Assembly (NCBI GenBank): GCA_009602725.1
Contig: WELB01000026.1
Coordinates: forward strand, 962,185-984,756
DNA: 22,572 nt
Source of the DNA: Spirogloea muscicola
Taxonomy: Eukaryota
Reading direction: 5' to 3'
The notes beneath the pieces were generated by a model. It ran no database searches, was not told where the DNA came from, and worked only from the letters and a program-made list of their open reading frames with translations. This document shows positions 1 to 10,029 of the stretch, piece after piece. The translations under genes were made by a program, and so were the position numbers. Every line of letters begins with the position of its first letter. Positions within the stretch are counted from its first letter, which is position 1.

Positions 1-424
1 GGGAGGGGGAGGGCTCTCGCCGATGGGGGCCTTGACGGCCCATCCTGCCCTGGGAGGCAGCAGCAAAGGCGGGAGGGATGGCGGGGGTGGTCGAAGAGGC
101 CAAGCCGGGGTCCGCAAGCCGAGCTAATTCATCAGAAGCAGGGACGGCAGGGAGGGGCTCGGGCTCCACGGCCGTCGTCGGGGAGGAGCGTGAAGAAGCT
201 GAAGGGGCCGTTGAAGGAGTGGGAAGGTCGGCCCCTGGGGTAATGGCAGCCCTCGTCGCAGCAGTCGAGCTGCGGGTGCCGTAAGGGCGAGTGGCGCGCC
301 GCGACGGGCTGCGTGCCCATCTCGGCCTTCGGCAGCCGCCGCCATGGCGGTGGGGTCGGCCCAGCGGGCGGTGGGCGGTGGGCGTCGGCAACGGCGGGGC
401 CGGGGCTGGGGAGGAAAGCGGCTG

Positions 425-636
425 CTGATATTAGAAGAGCGGCTGTGAAAGCCAGCCAGATGCATACAGGTGTTCATGACGGAGCCACAGGCTAGACAGC
501 CAGGGCGCTCTTAGTAACCCCGTGTCAGCAGTAGGAAGTCAGATGAGCTGAGGGGAGGAAGAGCAACCCCGCTGCGCAAGCCAGAGGCTGCTGCAAGGGC
601 ACGACCAGCGCGGCGATGCAAAGCAAGCGCTTGGGA
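425..636 (-). mobile_element. 5'-truncated 3' end of RLE non-LTR retrotransposon (young copy)
   Basis: Encodes SQALALHRRAGRALAAASGLRSGVALPPLSSSDFLLLTRGY* (stop 511-513). The 3'UTR contains hairpin GGCTG-GCTTTCA-CAGCC (441-457). 468-636 is the exact reverse complement of 2157-2325. Confidence 0.8.
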
Positions 637-669
637 GGGGGGGGTAAGGGGGAGCCGTTGAGTACCCAA

Positions 670-850
670 AGAAGAAGAAGAGGCTCTCCCAATGGGGCAA
701 GGGCTGTGAGAAGCCAGCCCGAAAAGAATTGACAAGGTTCGAAGGGGCCAAACTACGACCTAAGCAGCGAATGCGGGGCTTGAAGAGGCTATGGCAGAAC
801 GGGGGAGGATGGACCACTCAGTAGTTACGAGTGAGGAGCCTCACTCAAAG
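670..850 (-). mobile_element. RLE retroelement 3' end (VRLLTRNY* subfamily) with type-A 3'UTR
   Basis: VRLLTRNY* (stop 818-820), then a UTR with GGGCTG-GCTTCTCA-CAGCCC (701-720) and a (CTT)n tail. 681-737 is near-identical to 8284-8340. Confidence 0.75.
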
Positions 851-899
851 AGGTCCCAAGCTTTATTTGCTACTCTTACGCAGTGCACAGGCTTGCTCT

Positions 900-1060
900 G
901 GCCTCCATTTGTAGTGTAGTCCTTTTCCGGCTCCCCTTTCTTTGGCTTTGGACATTGTCCATTCTTTTTTGGGCTGGCTTTGCCAGCCCCTCTTCTCTAT
1001 GGGCGCGCATTTCTCTCATTTGCATGCATGCGCACCCCGCGTTTTCTCTTTTCTCTTTTC
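900..1060 (+). mobile_element. Type-A 3'UTR fragment plus CT-rich tail
   Basis: GGACATTGTCCATTCTTTTTTGGGCTGGCTTTGCCAGCCC (950-989) matches the reverse complement of 16474-16512. Confidence 0.65.
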
Positions 1061-1079
1061 TGGGTGTGTGGTGACACTT

Positions 1080-1295
1080 CTCTCCGGCTTGGCTTGGCCT
1101 CCTTCAAGTCAGGCAGAAAGTAAGCTCTTCCGGCTGCTAGTCTTTCTGACTTGCGGCTGCTTACCAGGTATTACTAAGTGAACCAGATATTTGTGGTGCT
1201 TGCTTAGCTTGTGTGTTGTAGCCCTTGTTCGGCCCTGCCGGACCTTGTCCTTTTGGTCAATACTGTGTGGGCTGGCTTTTCACAGCCTTCGCCCC
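1080..1295 (+). mobile_element. RLE retroelement 3' end (LPAASLSDLRLLTRYY*) with type-A UTR
   Basis: Terminal peptide read in an unlisted frame, stop TAA 1175-1177. Hairpin GGCTG-GCTTTTCA-CAGCC at 1270-1287. Confidence 0.7.
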
Positions 1296-1299
1296 CTTG

Positions 1300-1800
1300 T
1301 GGCTCGTACGTCATGTGTCAGCCTAAGTGTAGCGAGCTCAGGCTCACCCTTTGCACCAGAAAGCTGGTCGAGCTTTAGCACTAACGCCCGCCGCAGCCTT
1401 GGGGAGCCGGTGGACTTCCATGCCGCCGGCTCGCTTGCGCGGGCATATCGCATGCGCTTGGCCGGCTCGCTGCAGCGGTCCATGGCTCGCGCGCGGCATC
1501 TCCTCGCCGGTCGTGCCCTTGCTGCCGCCTCTGGCCCTAGCCAGGGGACTTGCTACCAGGAGACGACTTTCTCCAACCTGCGGTTGCTTGGTAGGGCTTA
1601 CTGAATGTTTTGTAGCTACATGATTTTGTGTGCTTTAGCTGGTGGCACAAGGGCTCGTCATTCGCCGTCCGGTACTCGAGCATCAATTGGCGACCTCCGC
1701 GTGCTGACTTGTGGTTACGGAGAGGCTCAGCTTAGCAGCAGGCGATGTACATCTGTCAACGTGCTTGCCTTCTGTACTTGGCCACTCAGGCCCTCCACCA
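1300..1800 (+). mobile_element. Degenerate RLE retroelement (HQKAGRAL subfamily) split by a nested insertion
   Basis: LVRHVSA*V*RAQAHPLHQKAGRAL up to 1379, resuming ALAGGTRARHSPSGTRASIGDLRVLTCGY from 1632. The UTR segment GTGCTTGCCTTCTGTACTTGGCCA is shared with the copy at 15965-16450. Confidence 0.7.
1380..1631 (+). mobile_element. Nested RLE retroelement 3' fragment
   Basis: DFHAAGSLARAYRMRLAGSLQRSMARARHLLAGRALAAASG...FSNLRLLGRAY* (stop 1602-1604). It is flanked by GCTTTAGC at 1372-1379 and 1632-1639. Confidence 0.75.
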
Positions 1801-1899
1801 CTCAACAGACACTCCAGTCCGGAGTTTCTGATGAGCTTCTTCCTCTCGATGGGGGAGCCTGCGCAACGCCCACGGCGATGGCGCAGCGAGACCAGGCCA

Positions 1900-2030
1900 G
1901 ACCGACCGCCTCCGCATCCACTCTGCTGACTCGGGGGTACCAAGAAGAATAGAGTGTGTACTAAGGGCGCCCTGTCTGCCTAGCCTGTGGCTCCGCCAAT
2001 ATACATACGCTCTTTTAATATTAGCGACCG
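1900..2030 (+). mobile_element. Degenerate RLE retroelement 3' end
   Basis: SASTLLTRGY, then ACTAAGGGCGCCCTGTCTGCCTAGCCTGTGGCTCCG, which is homologous to the UTR at 2278-2312. The hairpin region is deleted. Confidence 0.65.
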
Positions 2031-2051
2031 CATGCTGTCTTTCCCATACTC

Positions 2052-2325
2052 ATGAATAACCCTCTGCAAGCGCCTGCCAGGTGGCTTCCAGGTGGCTCGG
2101 TGCCTTTGGGTCTTGTGTCCTGCTACCGTATGCGTTTGTCTATGTCGCTACAGCGTTCCCAAGCGCTTGCTTTGCATCGCCGCGCTGGTCGTGCCCTTGC
2201 AGCAGCCTCTGGCTTGCGCAGCGGGGTTGCTCTTCCTCCCCTCAGCTCATCTGACTTCCTACTGCTGACACGGGGTTACTAAGAGCGCCCTGGCTGTCTA
2301 GCCTGTGGCTCCGTCATGAACACCT
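2052..2325 (+). mobile_element. RLE retroelement 3' end (young copy), running into an assembly gap
   Basis: YRMRLSMSLQRSQALALHRRAGRALAAASG...SSSDFLLLTRGY* contains the R-L-S-x-x-L-Q-R-x-x-A motif typical of the RLE C-terminus of CRE-like LINEs. Confidence 0.8.
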
Positions 2326-2393
2326 NNNNNNNNNNNNNNNNNNNNNNNNNNNNNNNNNNNNNNNNNNNNNNNNNNNNNNNNNNNNNNNNNNNN
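2326..2393. other. Assembly gap (68 N)
   Basis: Run of N. It probably hides the retroelement tail and the GDPD start codon. Confidence 0.95.
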
Positions 2394-2498
2394 GCTGCTG
2401 CCGCGCCTGAGCTTCGGCGCCTACCTCCTCCTCTCCGCGGGCCTCTTCCTCCTCCTCCTCCTCCCGGGGCTCCTCCTCCTCCGCCTCGCGCTGCCAAA

Positions 2499-2531
<33 letters not shown>

Positions 2532-4639
2532 TTCGCCGGCGCCGCCAGCGCCGACGACGGTGCGCTGGCCGCCTTCTTTCCCATTCGCGGCCTCGCTCTC
2601 GCTCACTGCTAAACCCCAAACCCTGAGCCTGCGCCGCCTGCTGATGCCAAGCCCGGGGCGCCGTGGTGACCAGCTGCCTCCCACAGAGGTCTGCCACCGG
2701 CTGCTCCGACGCGCCCCGCTCGTCTGCGCGCACGGCGGCGACTCCTCCCGCGCGCCTCCCAACACGGTCGCTGCTCAAGCTCTCGAGCTTACGGCTGCAC
2801 CATCACTGAGTTCTTCGAAGCTCGCGCTCCTTATTCTGCACTAGCTTTTGCCTAAGCAATGTGTTGGCTTGATTCGGCCACGCTTTTGATTTCTTGCGCA
2901 CCGCGCGCCTTCTCTCTTGTGATCGTCCTCATGTGGCGCTCTCATCTGCAAGCAGCATTGGTGTTTGTTGGGCCCAGGCAGCCGCATACCGCCTAGCTCT
3001 CGAAGCCGGCGCCGACTGCATGGAGGTCGATGTGTCCCGCACTGCGGACGGCGGGCTGGTCGCGCTTCACGTCAGGCACGCTCATGCACCCACTACTGTC
3101 AACTGGGGCTTGTTGGCATGAGAGTGTCGAGCATTGCCGCTCACAAACATAGACTGTGGCATACTTGGCCACAACACAGGGATCTGCAGGTCATGATGCA
3201 GCGGCCCGATGTACAGGTCGGTGAAGTACTTCTCTCGGAGGTACACATTGGTCTATGCTCTCACAAGCCTCAGAGCTCGCTACTTGGGAAGCTTGACACC
3301 TTGTGCTCTTGGCCATCTTTGTTAAGAGTTGTTTGCGGCCAGCGGTGGGGCCCTTGTGCAGCTGGCTTGACAACCATCTTGTCATTGCTCGTCAAGCTTG
3401 GGCAGGGCAGGTGGTGCAGCTGGACGCAGGCCAGTATCACCACTCACGGCTCCTGGGCGAGCGGGTACTGACGCTGGCGGAAGCTCTGAGAGTGAGGGGC
3501 AACAGCTTTTTACTGTACTGTTTCTGTGTTGCATGCTGTAGGACTCCCCAGCCCGATTACCTCCAGGCAGAGAAGTTGGCATGTGCTTGATGTGCTTGGT
3601 GTACATGCGTATCTTCCTGTGTGATCTGCTGTAAGTGCTGTCCAGTAGAGCTGCGTTGTACGGAGCTCGACCGGATCAGCAATTGTCCTGCAGACATTGG
3701 GTGGAAAGTTGAAGACAATCATTATAGATGTGAAAACTGGTCCTCCTCTTCATGAGGTCTCGCTGGCGTATGACGTTCTTAACGTGGTGAGGCAAGTCTT
3801 CTTCGGCTTGGGCTGGCAACTTCTGCCATCTTGGGCTGGCAATGGGCTATGTCTTTCTGATAAAGAATAGTGCATGAGCAATTAACCTCAGTAGCACACC
3901 CCCATCGATACCAACTCTGGCCCTGGATGTGGACTCTGCTTAGGTCAGACAAGCTGGCTGCCACAATTGCTTGGTATGGTCAAAGCTTGATGGCGTTGTC
4001 GCCGAGCTCAAGGAGTTGGAACCTGCCATTAAGGTCAGCAATGTATTGTTGGCCAGTCAGTCTTACTTCCCTTGGAGACCTTGATGTAGGCTAGGCTGTG
4101 TGATTGTTGTCTTTACGTATTCACTGAACCCTATCATCCCCATACCTAGGCTGGGTTTATTGTCATGACGGATTCTCGCACCGGGCAAGCCAGCAGCCTG
4201 TTGAGAATGATCGAGCCCGAGGTTGTGGGTGTATTCCATGGCCTCATCACTCCTCAGCTCGTGGCAGAAGTGCACAGGTGCGCCCACCAGCCAACTGCTG
4301 CATGCCAGAAAGCGAACTGCTCTCCTCTACATGCTAGCAGTTACTGCTCATATGTCCTCCATGTGGCCCATGAACGAAGCATCAATTTCGTCTTCTGTTG
4401 GTCACCTCAACTATTTGATTGAGGTGCTCACTTCAAACTCAGCAGGACTACTTGGGTTGCACTTGATGACTCTGTGCAGCGCTGGGAAGGAGGTTCAGGC
4501 GTGGACGTGTGATGACCAGGAGACAATGAGAAGCATGTTAGAAGCAGGGGTTGATGGCATTGTGACGAGTAGGCCATTTGAGCTCATCGAAATGATCAGT
4601 AATATGAGGACAAATTGTCGGTCCATAAAGCATGAGTAA
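2394..4639 (+). CDS. GDPD4: Glycerophosphodiester phosphodiesterase, GDPD4-like (5' end in gap)
   Basis: Modelled exons: <2394-2559, 2674-2766, 2978-3075, 3180-3240, 3411-3491, 3694-3786, 3944-4033, 4150-4277, 4480-4639. N-terminal TM segment plus poly-Pro, then motifs PLVCAHGGDS..PPNT, DCMEVDVSRTADGGLVALH, IIDVK, AWTCDD..M..GVDGIVT. Frame is preserved across all junctions. Confidence 0.9.
2825..2920 (+). mobile_element. Type-B retroelement 3'UTR fragment inside GDPD intron 2
   Basis: TGCACTAGCTTTTGCCTAAGCAATGTGTTGGCTTGATTCGGCCA...GCGCACCGCGCGCCTTCTCTC is homologous to 7995-8075 and 8465-8545. Confidence 0.7.
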
Positions 4640-4977
4640 AGCGTATGTCGGTGTTGTGCAGACTGTTGCTGTACATATTTATGTAGCCTGCAAAATTTTG
4701 GCAGCCAGAGTACAATGAGGTCCTGATCAAAAATGGTCCATAAGATTACTGCCTGCAACATGTAAGCTGCGCTTGGCATATATAACCAGCAACCCATTGC
4801 TGGAATTTGTGAGCATGAGTGGCTCACAAATGTCAACGCAGGACAATGTCAGTCTGTTCCTGCACTTTGCAGAGCTTCACATGATTTCCAGCTGCCCAAA
4901 TCTGTCACTGCTCTTGTAGCCAAAAAGCAGCAAGGCTGCTCTTGCGGCAGAGGAGCCCAGAAGAGACTGAGGACATG

Positions 4978-5011
4978 AGTCCTTGTTGCTGTGAAGTCCT
5001 TGTTGCTGTGA
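4978..5011. repeat. 17-bp perfect tandem duplication
   Basis: AGTCCTTGTTGCTGTGA x2. Confidence 0.85.
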
Positions 5012-5242
5012 AGTGTGAAGTGTTGCAGTCCCAGCTTGCCTCAGCTTGCCGAGGTCCTCAAAGCTGTCACTGCTAATTCCTTGCGCAGGCTAGCAGTCAG
5101 AATTGCAACCTAAAGCTGCAAGTGGCTCTGGCGACTCTGGCAATATGGAGTGGTTCTCTGCAGGTGCTGCAAGGGATGTCCTTCCGATGTAGAATGTAAG
5201 ACACACACGTGCCCTTCCTGTTGCGGTATGCAAGGCTCAGTG

Positions 5243-7453
5243 TCAGCAGTGGAGGGGAGTTTCTCCAGCCTGACGGGCCCCCATGAGGAGAATGCAGTTG
5301 CGGCGCTCGATGCTGCTCTTGAGAATGCGCGCCATGGCATCGTCCTCCTGCTCCGGCGTGTGACACCCCACAAGCATGAAATTTGCGCTGGAGCTTGTCG
5401 CATCGTAGCTCATGTGCCGGAAGTGCCCCCCCCGCCGCCGCGCTGCCACCCTCTGCGCCCTGTCGATAGCGCCAAGGCCGCTTTGGCCACCAGCGGCCAG
5501 TGACAGCGCGGCCACCGTGTCAGACGCTCCGGTGTTGCTCCCGTCGTCGGACCGCGACAGCTCGTCGTCCAGCTTCAGGTCTTCATTGCCCGCCACAGCT
5601 GCCAGTGTGGACCGTGGAGCCCGCCGCAAGCTCCGCAGCTCGCAGATGGCATCGTCGAGCGTGAACTGGGAGGATGGTGATCGGAGGCTTGAAGCATCGG
5701 ACGTGCCAACACTCTGCAGCGAGTCTGACGGCCTGGGGCTGCTCACGATCTGCCGCCACCGGGCCGGGCTGCTGCAGGATTGGGTCGGCGAGGACGTTGT
5801 TGTCACGCTCTGCAACGATGGCGACTCTGGCGCCTTCGGCTCCTCGCTTGCTGTGCTCATGGGAGCCCGCCTCCACCCGAATAGACCTTGCTTGCGCCTC
5901 CTCCCTGCCTCTGCGCATCCGTTGTCGCTAGGGACCTCCGCAGAAGCAGCAGCAACCGGCGGGTTTTTATGGAAGCTCCACCTGTCGTCGTTTGTTGTGG
6001 GCTTTGTTTTGACCTTCTCGGGCGGCGAGAAGGAGCTTGCATGACTTCCAAGAGGAGACCTCGGCGCAGCAGTAGTGACCTGCGGGAGGCCCGCCACGTT
6101 TAGGGACTTGAGCAGATATTTGCTGTTCTCGCCTCTTGGTGAGGCTTCGCCCCAACTGCCCTGGCTGTGGTGACTTGACGGACTCAGCAGCGGCTCGCCG
6201 CTGCCAACAGTCGTCAGCGTCGGGCTGCTCTCCTCGCCGCACTCGTGGAGCACCAGCTTCTGCTTCTGCACGACCAAGACCTCGCATCCAAGTGGCCGGT
6301 TTTTCACGCAGTACATCACCACATTCCCAAGGCCCCTGCAATGGAAGACCAGCATGCAAAGTCTGACGCGCTGACAAAGGACACAGCTTGCCAAAATCCG
6401 CCTCCTTGATTGTGTCTGTCCTCTCTTTGCAAGCAGCACCTATCGAGAATATTGTGCAGCTGCCCTGTTTTTTGGCTCTGACACGAGGAGGCAAGGTAAC
6501 TGAATTCCACCCTCATCTCCCAGATCTGCACGTGTCAGATAGTTGCTCAACTCTGCGCTTGACAGTCCCTATATGAGAGGCTGCTGTGTGTAAAGCGGCT
6601 GACCTGCCGAAGAGCTTGGACGGCCTTCCCATCACAAGCTTGGTGGCTCCAAAGGCCACAGCCTCGTCAAGAATGGCCCTTTCCTCGCTGTCATTCTTGG
6701 CAACTCGGAAGTCGACCACCGCCTGCGCGCCAAGATGGCACCGCCGTCTGGATCAGGGCTGGCATTTGGCGGGGGCTCTGGTCATGAGCTAGGAGGTGGC
6801 GTTGCCATCCTCACCAACCGCCAACCTCGCTATTAACCTGGCGGTCTTGCCCCCCCCAGCCCCAGCCTGCTTCTTGACAATGCTCTGTCGACTCACTAAG
6901 TGCAGAGAAGGCCGGCTGCAACACGGCCTGCTGCCAGTCTCTCCATACCTTTCTTGACAGGCAACGAGCGCGTACAGGTGGGCCATGGAGCACCACGCGA
7001 GTGCCTGTGCAAGTGCGTTGGGGGCTGCACCTGCAGGTCGTGGAGGAGGGCAATGTAGGCGTCGAGGAGGGGCCGCACGACCTCCTGGATGTGCGCGATG
7101 ATCTGCACCGGGTCGCAGCGGCTCACGGGCCTCTTCGTCCCTCCTGGCAGACCGCTCAAAATAGGCGCGAGAGCGGAGCGAGCCGGCGTCAGGAAAGGGG
7201 TTGCGAGCGCGGCGCAGCAAAAAAGTGGAGCAGCAGTGAATCCGCTGGGCCTGGCAAGAAGCACGGCGCGGCGAAGTTGGGCAGCGGGCGCACGGGCGTC
7301 GGGGATGGCGGCGATGACGAAGAGCAGCGCGAGGGCGTCGCCGGCGCGGAGCCCGCGGTGGCGCAGCCAGCGCAGCGTGCCGCGGCTCACGGCGGCGTCG
7401 GCGGAGACGACGGCCAGGACGCGCGCCGGCGCTTGGGGTATCACCTCCCTCAT
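5243..7453 (-). CDS. USP-like (adenine nucleotide alpha-hydrolase-like/STK_N-type) domain protein with long Ser/Pro-rich tail, paralogue A (~494 aa)
   Basis: Exons 7453-7294, 7143-7031, 6722-6604, 6335-5243 with GT-AG junctions in frame. USP-like pattern: RVLAVVSAD..S..TLRW...GDALALLFV, AILDEAVAFGATKLVMG, VVMYCVKNRPLGCEVLVVQK. Confidence 0.75.
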
Positions 7454-7899
7454 GCTGCTTTGCAGTGGAAGCAGGGAACCAGACGTGCGGGGCGGGCGCG
7501 GGGGCGCGGGCGCGGGCGCGGGCGCGGGCGGCGGCGGCGAGGTGGGCAGGGTGAGGGGGCGCAATGGAGGGGATGGGGGTGGCTCTGCTGGGGGCGCGGC
7601 GGGTGGGTGGCGCCAGGCGAGACGGCGCACGGTGTCGCTTGGACCGCATTACCTTCTCGTTAGAAGGTGATGCGGTTGCAGGCATCGATAAGAGCAGCTG
7701 GGAACGGCAGCCAGGTGAAAGGAGGAGGGCCGCCAGGGGGGGCCGGCCGGGGCCCCCCCTGAGCCTGGCTCCCTCACTGGGCCGCCGCGGCGGCGGGGGC
7801 GGCCCACGTGCGTGGCCGCGCGGACGTCGCGTGCCGCCCTGCGATGCGGCAGGATCCGCGCCCATGCCCGCTCCACCCCGGGGTGGCTTTTGCCCACCA

Positions 7900-8092
7900 C
7901 CTTTCTGGGGCCTCTCACAGCGATTGCCTTCCATTGTCACCCGGTTACCTGAGGCACCTTAGCATAGGGCTCCGCGGTATATAGCCTTGTTTATCCTGCA
8001 CTAGATTCTGCCTAAACAATGTATTGGCTTGAATTGGCCTCCCTTTCATCTCATGCGCGCCGCGCGCCTTCTCTCACATTCTCTCTCTCTCT
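7900..8092 (+). mobile_element. Degenerate type-A motif followed by type-B 3'UTR with (CT)n tail
   Basis: GGCCTCTCACAGCGATTGCC (~7908-7928), then CACCTTAGCATAGGGCT...GGCTTGAATTGGCC (8026-8039)...GCGCGCCTTCTCTC and CTCTCTCTCTCT. Confidence 0.7.
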
Positions 8093-8094
8093 CA

Positions 8095-8165
8095 CATTGG
8101 AAAGAAAGTGGCCCTCCTACAGGAGACAAGAGCTGTGAACAGCCAGCCCGAAAATATTGAATAGG
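8095..8165 (-). mobile_element. Type-A 3'UTR fragment
   Basis: Reverse complement reads TTCAATATTTTCGGGCTGGCTGTTCACAGCTC (hairpin 8131-8149). Confidence 0.55.
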
Positions 8166-8269
8166 AGCCGTTTCTTTCTCTCTCTCTCAGCTGGCCTTCC
8201 GTCTTTTCGGGCTGGCGATCTCGGAGCCTACCCCTGTTTTGAGATTTGCGCTTCTGGCCCCTATGTGGT

Positions 8270-8345
8270 CTGGCCCCTTCGCGCCTTGTCAATTCTTTTC
8301 GGGCTGGCTTCTCACAGCCCTTGCCCCCATTGGGAGAGCCACTTC
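8270..8345 (+). mobile_element. Type-A 3'UTR fragment
   Basis: GGCCCCTTCGCGCCTTGTCAATTCTTTTCGGGCTGGCTTCTCACAGCCCTTGCCCCCATTGGGAGAGCC is nearly identical to the reverse complement of 681-750. Confidence 0.75.
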
Positions 8346-8672
8346 CTCTGGCGGCGCTCCAGCTCCCCAAGTTAGCCTGTCGTATGTGCTCACCCGTGGG
8401 TACTAACGTCACACTCTAACTTAGCCACCTTAGCATAGGGCTTCGTTTCATGTAGCCCCACTTCTTGCACTAGCTTATGCATGAACAATGTATTGGCTTG
8501 ATTAGGCCACCCTTCAATCTCATGCGCAACGCGCTTCTTCTCTCTCGTCTGGAAACGGCTTTCGTTCCGCAGGCCCATTGGAAAAGCCTGTGTCGCCTTG
8601 CCCTATTGTGTTGGCTTGGCTTAAATTGGCCACCCTTTCATTTCAAGCGCACCGCGAGCGCCTTCTCTCTAT
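8346..8672 (+). mobile_element. RLE retroelement 3' end (APQVSLS-YVLTRGY*) with type-B UTR, followed by a second type-B terminus
   Basis: Stop TAA 8404-8406. Hairpins GGCTTGATTAGGCC (8495-8508) and GGCTTAAATTGGCC (8618-8631) are each followed by GCGCA..GCG..CTTCTCTCT. Confidence 0.75.
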
Positions 8673-8954
8673 CCCTACTCTCGACCCGCGCCGTGCCCGC
8701 CCTAGGGGAGTTTTGCTCCAACCGGCGCGCGGGAGTCTGAGACGTTGCGCAGGGAGCTGGGGCGGCGGGACGTCCCCCTCGTGGCCGAGCAGAAGTGCGC
8801 GCGACGGTGGCGGGCCCGGCCCCCGCCTCCTCCTCCGCCTCCGCTGCCGGGCCCTGGCTCCGGCCAAACCTCCTTAGCCTCCGGTCTCCTGACGGCTATC
8901 CCGGCTCGTCGGCGCGGTCGGCAACACAGACCCCGCTCCGTGTGCTTCGGTCGC

Positions 8955-9110
8955 TTCAGGCTTCACTCGTGTATACCGAAGCCCGCTTCGGCCTACTTCC
9001 GTTTACCCCCCATTTCTGGCCCATTCGAACTTTTTAATATTTAGAACATCTTTTTGTTGGGCTGGCCAATCACAGCCATCGCCCTCTACTGTCAGAGTCT
9101 CTCTCTCACC
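8955..9110 (+). mobile_element. Degenerate RLE 3' end with type-A UTR
   Basis: FTRVY-like remnant, GGCCCATTCGAAC, hairpin GGGCTGGCCAATCACAGCC (9059-9077), then a CT tail. Confidence 0.6.
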
Positions 9111-9324
9111 CCAAGCCTAAGGCTTTCGCTTTGTCCCGTTGTTTGCACTTTCCTTCCCGCTTTAGTATATCGTGTGTTGCCTTGGGCCTGTTGGCCTCAC
9201 TTTCACCGTTAGCGCACCGCTCACCGTTACTCTAAGAGCCGCTCACACTATCAGCAGCTGATTCGTGCCGCGACAGCTGAGAAACGGCGCTCCCCTTGGG
9301 GCGGCTCTCTCTTGCACGGCCATC

Positions 9325-9500
9325 CCCCCCCGGTGCGTGGTGGTGCTCTGGCTCCTCAGCTTAGCTTGTCGGGCATGTAAGTGCTCACTCGTGGGTACTG
9401 GAGACCCCCTTAGCCAGCTTATTGCCCCGTTACCAGAAGATTTGTGAGGCTCGAAGTGGCCTCCCTTTCGTTGTCATGCGCACCGCACGCCTTTCTTCCG
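9325..9500 (+). mobile_element. RLE retroelement 3' end, type-B
   Basis: APQLSLSGM*VLTRGY; hairpin AGGCTCGAAGTGGCCT (9447-9462); ends GCGCACCGCACGCCTTTCTT. Confidence 0.7.
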
Positions 9501-9561
9501 GTGTGGTCAGTGAGCTCGCTGCGGCCGTGGCTGCTGCCTTGGTGAGGGGAAAGACTCTGTC

Positions 9562-9800
9562 AGTGAGAGAGAAGGCGCGCGGTGCGCATGAAATTGAAAG
9601 AGAGGCCAATTCTAGCCTTACAAATGTCCTGGTAAGGGGGTGAGGAGCTGGCTAAGGGGGCACTAAAATCCTCGAGTGAGCACATACATATCTGACAAGC
9701 TAAACTGAGGAGCACGACCACCACCACGGGGAGGTGTCAGTAGAGAGGGTGAAGGCTGTGATCGGCCAGCCCAGAAAAAAGCATGGACAAAGTTCGAAGC
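9562..9800 (-). mobile_element. Type-A UTR (9736-9800) directly followed by a type-B RLE 3' end (9562-9735)
   Basis: Type-A hairpin at 9754-9772; APQFSLSDMYVLTRGF* (stop 9663-9665); hairpin AGGCTAGAATTGGCCT (9603-9618); CTTCTCTCTC tail. Confidence 0.75.
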
Positions 9801-10029
9801 TTCCCTTGGGGGGGTTCCCGGCGGCGCCCGCGGCGACCCCCGCGCCGCCGGCCGGCAGCCATAGCTGAAAGCCGCTCGCCCCATGTCCCCGCAGGTCTTG
9901 GCTGTGCCGCGGCAGCGCCACCAACTGCCGCCCCACGGCACCGGCGGCCCCTCGTCCTCGCTCAGTGGCATTAAGGCAAGCGCGGCCAGGTTAACTGGTG
10001 GCTGGCATTAACAGTGGCATTAACAGCCG

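Noticed and set aside
695..740. Hammerhead ribozyme (CTGTGA...GAAA) in the type-A motif
   Set aside because: The core is not CUGANGA, it lies antisense to the element, and stems I and III cannot be formed consistently across copies.
468..2325. DNA transposon with 169-bp terminal inverted repeats
   Set aside because: The repeats are retroelement ORF-end plus UTR sequence, one copy extends further, and there is no transposase between them.
2609..2626. Telomere-like TAAACCCCAAACCCT
   Set aside because: Only two imperfect units inside an intron, which is insufficient to call interstitial telomeric repeat.
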